The notes below the pieces were generated by a model, which was given only the letters and a program-made list of their open reading frames with translations, searched no databases and was not told where the DNA came from. Below are positions 60,059-64,000 of a stretch of 64,000 nucleotides of DNA, piece by piece (the stretch's first letter is position 1; each line of letters opens with the position of its first letter). Both the position numbers and the translations under genes were made by a program. The stretch lies in NCBI GenBank assembly GCA_965116925.1, contig OZ220744.1:4480001-4544000 (forward strand). The letters run 5' to 3'. This DNA comes from Candidatus Poribacteria bacterium. GTDB lineage: Bacteria; Poribacteria; WGA-4E; PCPOR2b.

Positions 60059-61102
60059 ATGCGTGACACAGATCAGGATCTGTGGACAGATCCGCGTTGT
60101 ACCACCCTTTCGATCGAAAGATTCGGACCGTTTATTAAACTCGCTGACGGAAAGATCTTGACAATTGAAGACAATGCAACGGTTGTCAGTGCGGACAAGG
60201 GTGAGACTTGGTCGGCACCGCGCCCGATATACGCTGGGCAGGGACCCGGAAAACCGAGTAGTAGTGGGGTGATGGTACGCACACATGAAGGTATTATCGT
60301 TTTCGTTTACATGGATATGGAGGGCTTCAAGTGGGTTTGGGATGATGACCTCCACCAAGCGGCCGAAGATGTTAATCTCAATGTGTGGGCGATTCGTAGC
60401 GACGATGAGGGATTGACGTGGTCCGGACGGCAGCAAATTTTCGAGGGTTACTGCGGGGCACTGATCCACATGATTCAGACCTCCACCGGCGAGGTCGTTG
60501 TGCCGATTCAGCGGTTGTTACGCAATCCGGACCGACACGGCATCTGCGTTTATGTCTCTGCGGATAGCGGCGAGACTTGGCAGCACAGCAATATCATTGA
60601 TCTCGGCGGACACGGGCACCACGACGGTGCAATGGAACCTACACTGGTCGAACTGTCCGATGGGCGATTGTGGCTATTGATACGGACAAATCTCGGCAAG
60701 TTTTGGTCGGCATATTCATGGGACAAGGGTTTGTCGTGGCGTGTGATACAACCGACCGATATTGACGCTAGCAGTGCGCCGGCGGCGATGCTCCGTCTTG
60801 CAAGCGGTCGATTGGCGTTGGTGTGGAACCGCTTTTGTCCTGAAGGCACAACGAGTTATCCACTACGTGGTGGGGATAACAACTTGTCTTCAGTGGCAAC
60901 GAGTTGGCATCGCGAGGAAGTTTCGCTCGCGTTTTCGGATGATGAGGGTGAGACTTGGTCTGAGCCGGTCGTGATCCTACGCATGAAAGGCAGGGGGCCA
61001 TCATATCCGCATCTCTTTGAACCGGATCCCGGCGAACTTTGGGTGACGACACAGTTCAGAGATAAGATAGCAATGCGCTTGCGAGAATCTGATTTTGTGT
61101 AG
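60059..61102 (+). CDS. Sialidase/BNR-repeat family protein
   Basis: Five Asp-boxes (SxDxGxTW), MEPTLVELSDG, SYP. Confidence 0.85.
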   Translation: MRDTDQDLWTDPRCTTLSIERFGPFIKLADGKILTIEDNATVVSADKGETWSAPRPIYAGQGPGKPSSSGVMVRTHEGIIVFVYMDMEGFKWVWDDDLHQAAEDVNLNVWAIRSDDEGLTWSGRQQIFEGYCGALIHMIQTSTGEVVVPIQRLLRNPDRHGICVYVSADSGETWQHSNIIDLGGHGHHDGAMEPTLVELSDGRLWLLIRTNLGKFWSAYSWDKGLSWRVIQPTDIDASSAPAAMLRLASGRLALVWNRFCPEGTTSYPLRGGDNNLSSVATSWHREEVSLAFSDDEGETWSEPVVILRMKGRGPSYPHLFEPDPGELWVTTQFRDKIAMRLRESDFV

Positions 61103-61295
61103 CCTTGTGCTATTATAACGCAAGTTGCTAGTTAAACTGTAGATATAGTTTCTATGTGCAAATCAGTTACAGCATAAAGAGTATGGCTGCTACCAACAAC
61201 TTAAGGCGAAGAGTCATCTATTATTTGTTGTTATACGTTGTAAAGACGCTACACCCACGCGTACTCAAATATCGGTAGTGTGAGTAGCAGCTGGC

Positions 61296-61907
61296 TCAAA
61301 ATTTGGTGGAATTCCGGTGTTGCTGTGGAGATTCCGGGGCTTCTGGCGAGATTGATACCTTTACGCCCGGTTTCTTTGGTTTCAAAGATTGTCTATCAAT
61401 ATCCTCAGGCAATCCTTGAGGGAAACGGGCATAGGCACGAAACGCCTCCAACGATTTTTCAGGGTATGTTATTTGTGGCTCATGAGATCTAGTTCCTGTT
61501 ACACAGGATCCTCCGATTATCCACGCTGGTGCACTCAAGACCAGAAAAGCCCCATGAGAGATAGTTGACAGTATACCCAGACATGTCCATCCTGCGAGCT
61601 GACCATGTTCTGCGTTATAAGCGGTTAATTTCATGTCGTAAATACTATCGGTCGAAATGGAAGTTAACGCCTCCACAGTTAAAATAAAAACTTGATTTAA
61701 GTCTATTGCAATTAACTCTCCCTGTATTGTTCGTTTTAAATCTCCGGTGCGATATCCGACAGATATCCAGCCACCAAAACCTTCGTGTTGAGCAACAGAC
61801 GGTCGTGGAAGCCACCCTTGGGGGGCTGTGGTACTAGCACAGCCTGATATGTGAATCAGTGTAACAAGCATAAGTATAACTCTGTATCTATTTAGGTTTT
61901 TCATAAC
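61296..61907 (-). CDS. Hypothetical lipoprotein
   Basis: ISGC lipobox-like motif, hydrophobic hairpin, ARFPQGLP; overlaps upstream gene end. Confidence 0.65.
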   Translation of the reverse strand, partial: VMKNLNRYRVILMLVTLIHISGCASTTAPQGWLPRPSVAQHEGFGGWISVGYRTGDLKRTIQGELIAIDLNQVFILTVEALTSISTDSIYDMKLTAYNAEHGQLAGWTCLGILSTISHGAFLVLSAPAWIIGGSCVTGTRSHEPQITYPEKSLEAFRAYARFPQGLPEDIDRQSLKPKKPGVKVSISPEAPESPQQHRNSTKF

Positions 61908-63492
61908 GACTGCTCCAGAATATCTCCTCCATATCAGGTTCAATCTTCTTAAACTCTGGTGCTAAAACACGCAGCGCACGTTCAGGATTAAACAGCATCA
62001 TCGCGGTAAGCGCAGGATTTTCATCGGCGAGCCACTCTTCGCGAATCCATTCGAGATAGTAACCACGACTTTCAAGGAAAAGTTCATAATCCTCGAAGTC
62101 CTTTGGCAGATGATAAATGAGGGTGTATGTTTCCCCTGGTAATGTTGTTAAAGCAACATTTGGATCAGTCAACAGTTGCTGTGCTTGATCAGCACTAACT
62201 CCATTCTGATTGACTGTAACAGGAGGCAGTCGAATGGGATTGAGTTGCTTGCCTAACTTAACCAATTTAACGGCATCAAGACGCCAATGCCCTTGTGTGA
62301 GACGCAGGCGGATTTTCACTCGTTCCCGCTTTATGAGGGGTAATTTCACAAGATGGACATCAGTGGCTAGTGGTCCTGTCTCATTGACTTTCCCAACGGG
62401 GATCCACTCGTCCGTTTCATCCTGCAAAAGCACTTCAATTCCCCCAAGTGTTCGCCCGATACCGGTACTTGCTTTTTCAACGGTCACATCGCGTCTTTCA
62501 AGAGCTGCAATCCATTCTCCCACGGAACGTCCCATATAGGCGAGTCCTTGATAAAATAAAAACGTGCTCATCAGGGTTTGCCGGGCTGCAATGACGACTC
62601 CAGTGCGATCATCTGGCATAGCATCAAATTCGATGTCAATTGTTTCACGCGTGGCAAGATATTCGGGATCGGCTTCACTGAATCGCTCCTGTCCATCAAT
62701 GCTTCGGAGTAGGGGCAGACAATCTCCCTCCGGCGCAGAAGCCGCACTAGGATTAACGATTGTATCAGTTTCCCAAAAAGTTCCATCACCTGCTGAAAAA
62801 ATCCGTTCTCCTGACTGTCGTTTTACCGCGAGCAGATCTACGTAGCGCACCACATGGGTTTCAAGTGCCTCATTTTTCATCTGAATTTCAAAGCAGCGAT
62901 CTGTTGGTTGTGCGTGATACAGTGCATCAATATCTGATGCTTCAAGAACAGGTGCGACACTTGCAGAGAACCCTTCCGCTTGAAGGATGGGGTGATTACC
63001 GTCTGAAACATAAAAGGTTGGACATGAACCAAAACACGCCTTTGGATTAGCAAGGCAGAACGCGGTTAGCACGATTGAGGCACCAGTGATTATTGTCATT
63101 GAGGCGATAGTTGAGGAAGGTTTCGCAGTGTTGGTTTCAAAAATCGCAACCGAATCAATTGGTATCGTAAATTCACCCTTTCGCAGAGTTTCTCGGTTGA
63201 TATTAAGGATTTCCCCTTGTCCGGTAACCATTTGGTTTTCTGAATCAACCTTCCACGATGACAGGATATAGACTTTCCCATTGTGCATGTGTGCTTTTAA
63301 GAAGGGTGAATTGCTATCAAGGGATTGGAACTGTGTGGGTACGGTAAGTCTTCGTTCTAGCACATGAAGGTCGCAGCCGATAAATGTGACTGTAACTAAA
63401 ATTGTCCAACATAGTAAACCTCTGTACTTACGTTTGGGCTTTGATAAAACATGGCTAAACCATCTTTTAAACCTCATAAATTTGATGACCAT
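61888..63492 (-). CDS. Hypothetical lipoprotein with GSCP-type domain
   Basis: FIGC lipobox-like motif, internal TM helix, NPKACFGSCPTFY. Confidence 0.75.
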   Translation of the reverse strand: MVIKFMRFKRWFSHVLSKPKRKYRGLLCWTILVTVTFIGCDLHVLERRLTVPTQFQSLDSNSPFLKAHMHNGKVYILSSWKVDSENQMVTGQGEILNINRETLRKGEFTIPIDSVAIFETNTAKPSSTIASMTIITGASIVLTAFCLANPKACFGSCPTFYVSDGNHPILQAEGFSASVAPVLEASDIDALYHAQPTDRCFEIQMKNEALETHVVRYVDLLAVKRQSGERIFSAGDGTFWETDTIVNPSAASAPEGDCLPLLRSIDGQERFSEADPEYLATRETIDIEFDAMPDDRTGVVIAARQTLMSTFLFYQGLAYMGRSVGEWIAALERRDVTVEKASTGIGRTLGGIEVLLQDETDEWIPVGKVNETGPLATDVHLVKLPLIKRERVKIRLRLTQGHWRLDAVKLVKLGKQLNPIRLPPVTVNQNGVSADQAQQLLTDPNVALTTLPGETYTLIYHLPKDFEDYELFLESRGYYLEWIREEWLADENPALTAMMLFNPERALRVLAPEFKKIEPDMEEIFWSSRYEKPK

Positions 63493-63905
63493 TACTGTTC
63501 CTTTCTACAATATATATCCTGTATGAATTTGAAACCGCCTCGACGAGTTACTTTCGACGGGTAGATTATAGCGAATGCTGTAACTTAATACAATGCTTTA
63601 TTTATTTTAACTGAGTAACCCTGCCTTGAAAACTTGACGTGATTTAAAAAAGAAAATATAATGACGAAAGCAGCTAAAATTTAAGTGAGGAGTGCTCATA
63701 ATTATTTGTCTGAATCAGGATATTCAGGATTTAAGGATTTTCAGGATTAGATGGCTCAAATTGACCACCTATGACGATTTACGGTGAACGAGCAAAGTCA
63801 GAAACGTTGTTCGCGGAGTTACGGCGCACGGGACCTCGATGCATCCCTGATAAATCAGGACAGGTGGGATTCAAAGCAATGTGCTTATTGCTTTTAATCG
63901 TGCAG

Positions 63906-63939
63906 AGAAACCGAGTTTTAAAGAAAAAACTCGGTTTCT
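63906..63939. repeat. Palindromic repeat (copy 4)
   Basis: AGAAACCGAGTTTTAAAGAAAAAACTCGGTTTCT. Confidence 0.8.
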
Positions 63940-64000
63940 GTTTCCCCGATTTGTTCACACGAGCGTATGTGTGAGCCATCAATGAACTGAGGTATCTATT

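Noticed and set aside
61180..61295. Possible second attC after the lipoprotein pair
   Set aside because: No matching RYYYAAC/GTTRRRY pair with L boxes
63710..63750. 9-bp CAGGATT-type short repeats
   Set aside because: Simple low-complexity intergenic repeat; no further structure supportable

Overview
A 64-kb bacterial chromosomal segment, most likely from a Candidatus Poribacteria-like genome. This is inferred from the tandem secreted WD40 proteins with an 'LLPNYPNPFNPETWIPYQL' C-terminal domain, PhyH dioxygenases, ASPIC/UnbV proteins and many sugar-acid enzymes; it was not checked by search. Core genes: murF (3' end), mraY, dcd, glnA-glnB behind a sigma54-type promoter, and a GldA/F/G-like ABC operon. 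The rest is accessory metabolism (MDR/SDR/Gfo-Idh-MocA dehydrogenases, enolase-superfamily and UxuA-like dehydratases, core MetE, SelA-like PLP enzyme, sialidase-like and other propeller proteins), a tricorn-like protease, a membrane multiheme-cytochrome/TPR protein, two FG-GAP/UnbV proteins and three tandem WD40 genes. The most notable structure is an integrase-less integron-like module at ~18.5-20.9 kb: a consensus sigma70 promoter, an attI-like site, an AT-rich ORF, a 110-bp attC and a cluster of intact and broken toxin-antitoxin genes. Also notable: an unnamed 'GSCP' domain shared by two otherwise different secreted proteins, and several MITE/REP families that appear to share internal hairpins. 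No rRNA, tRNA, CRISPR array, integrase or transposase was recognised. All calls rest on motif recognition by eye.
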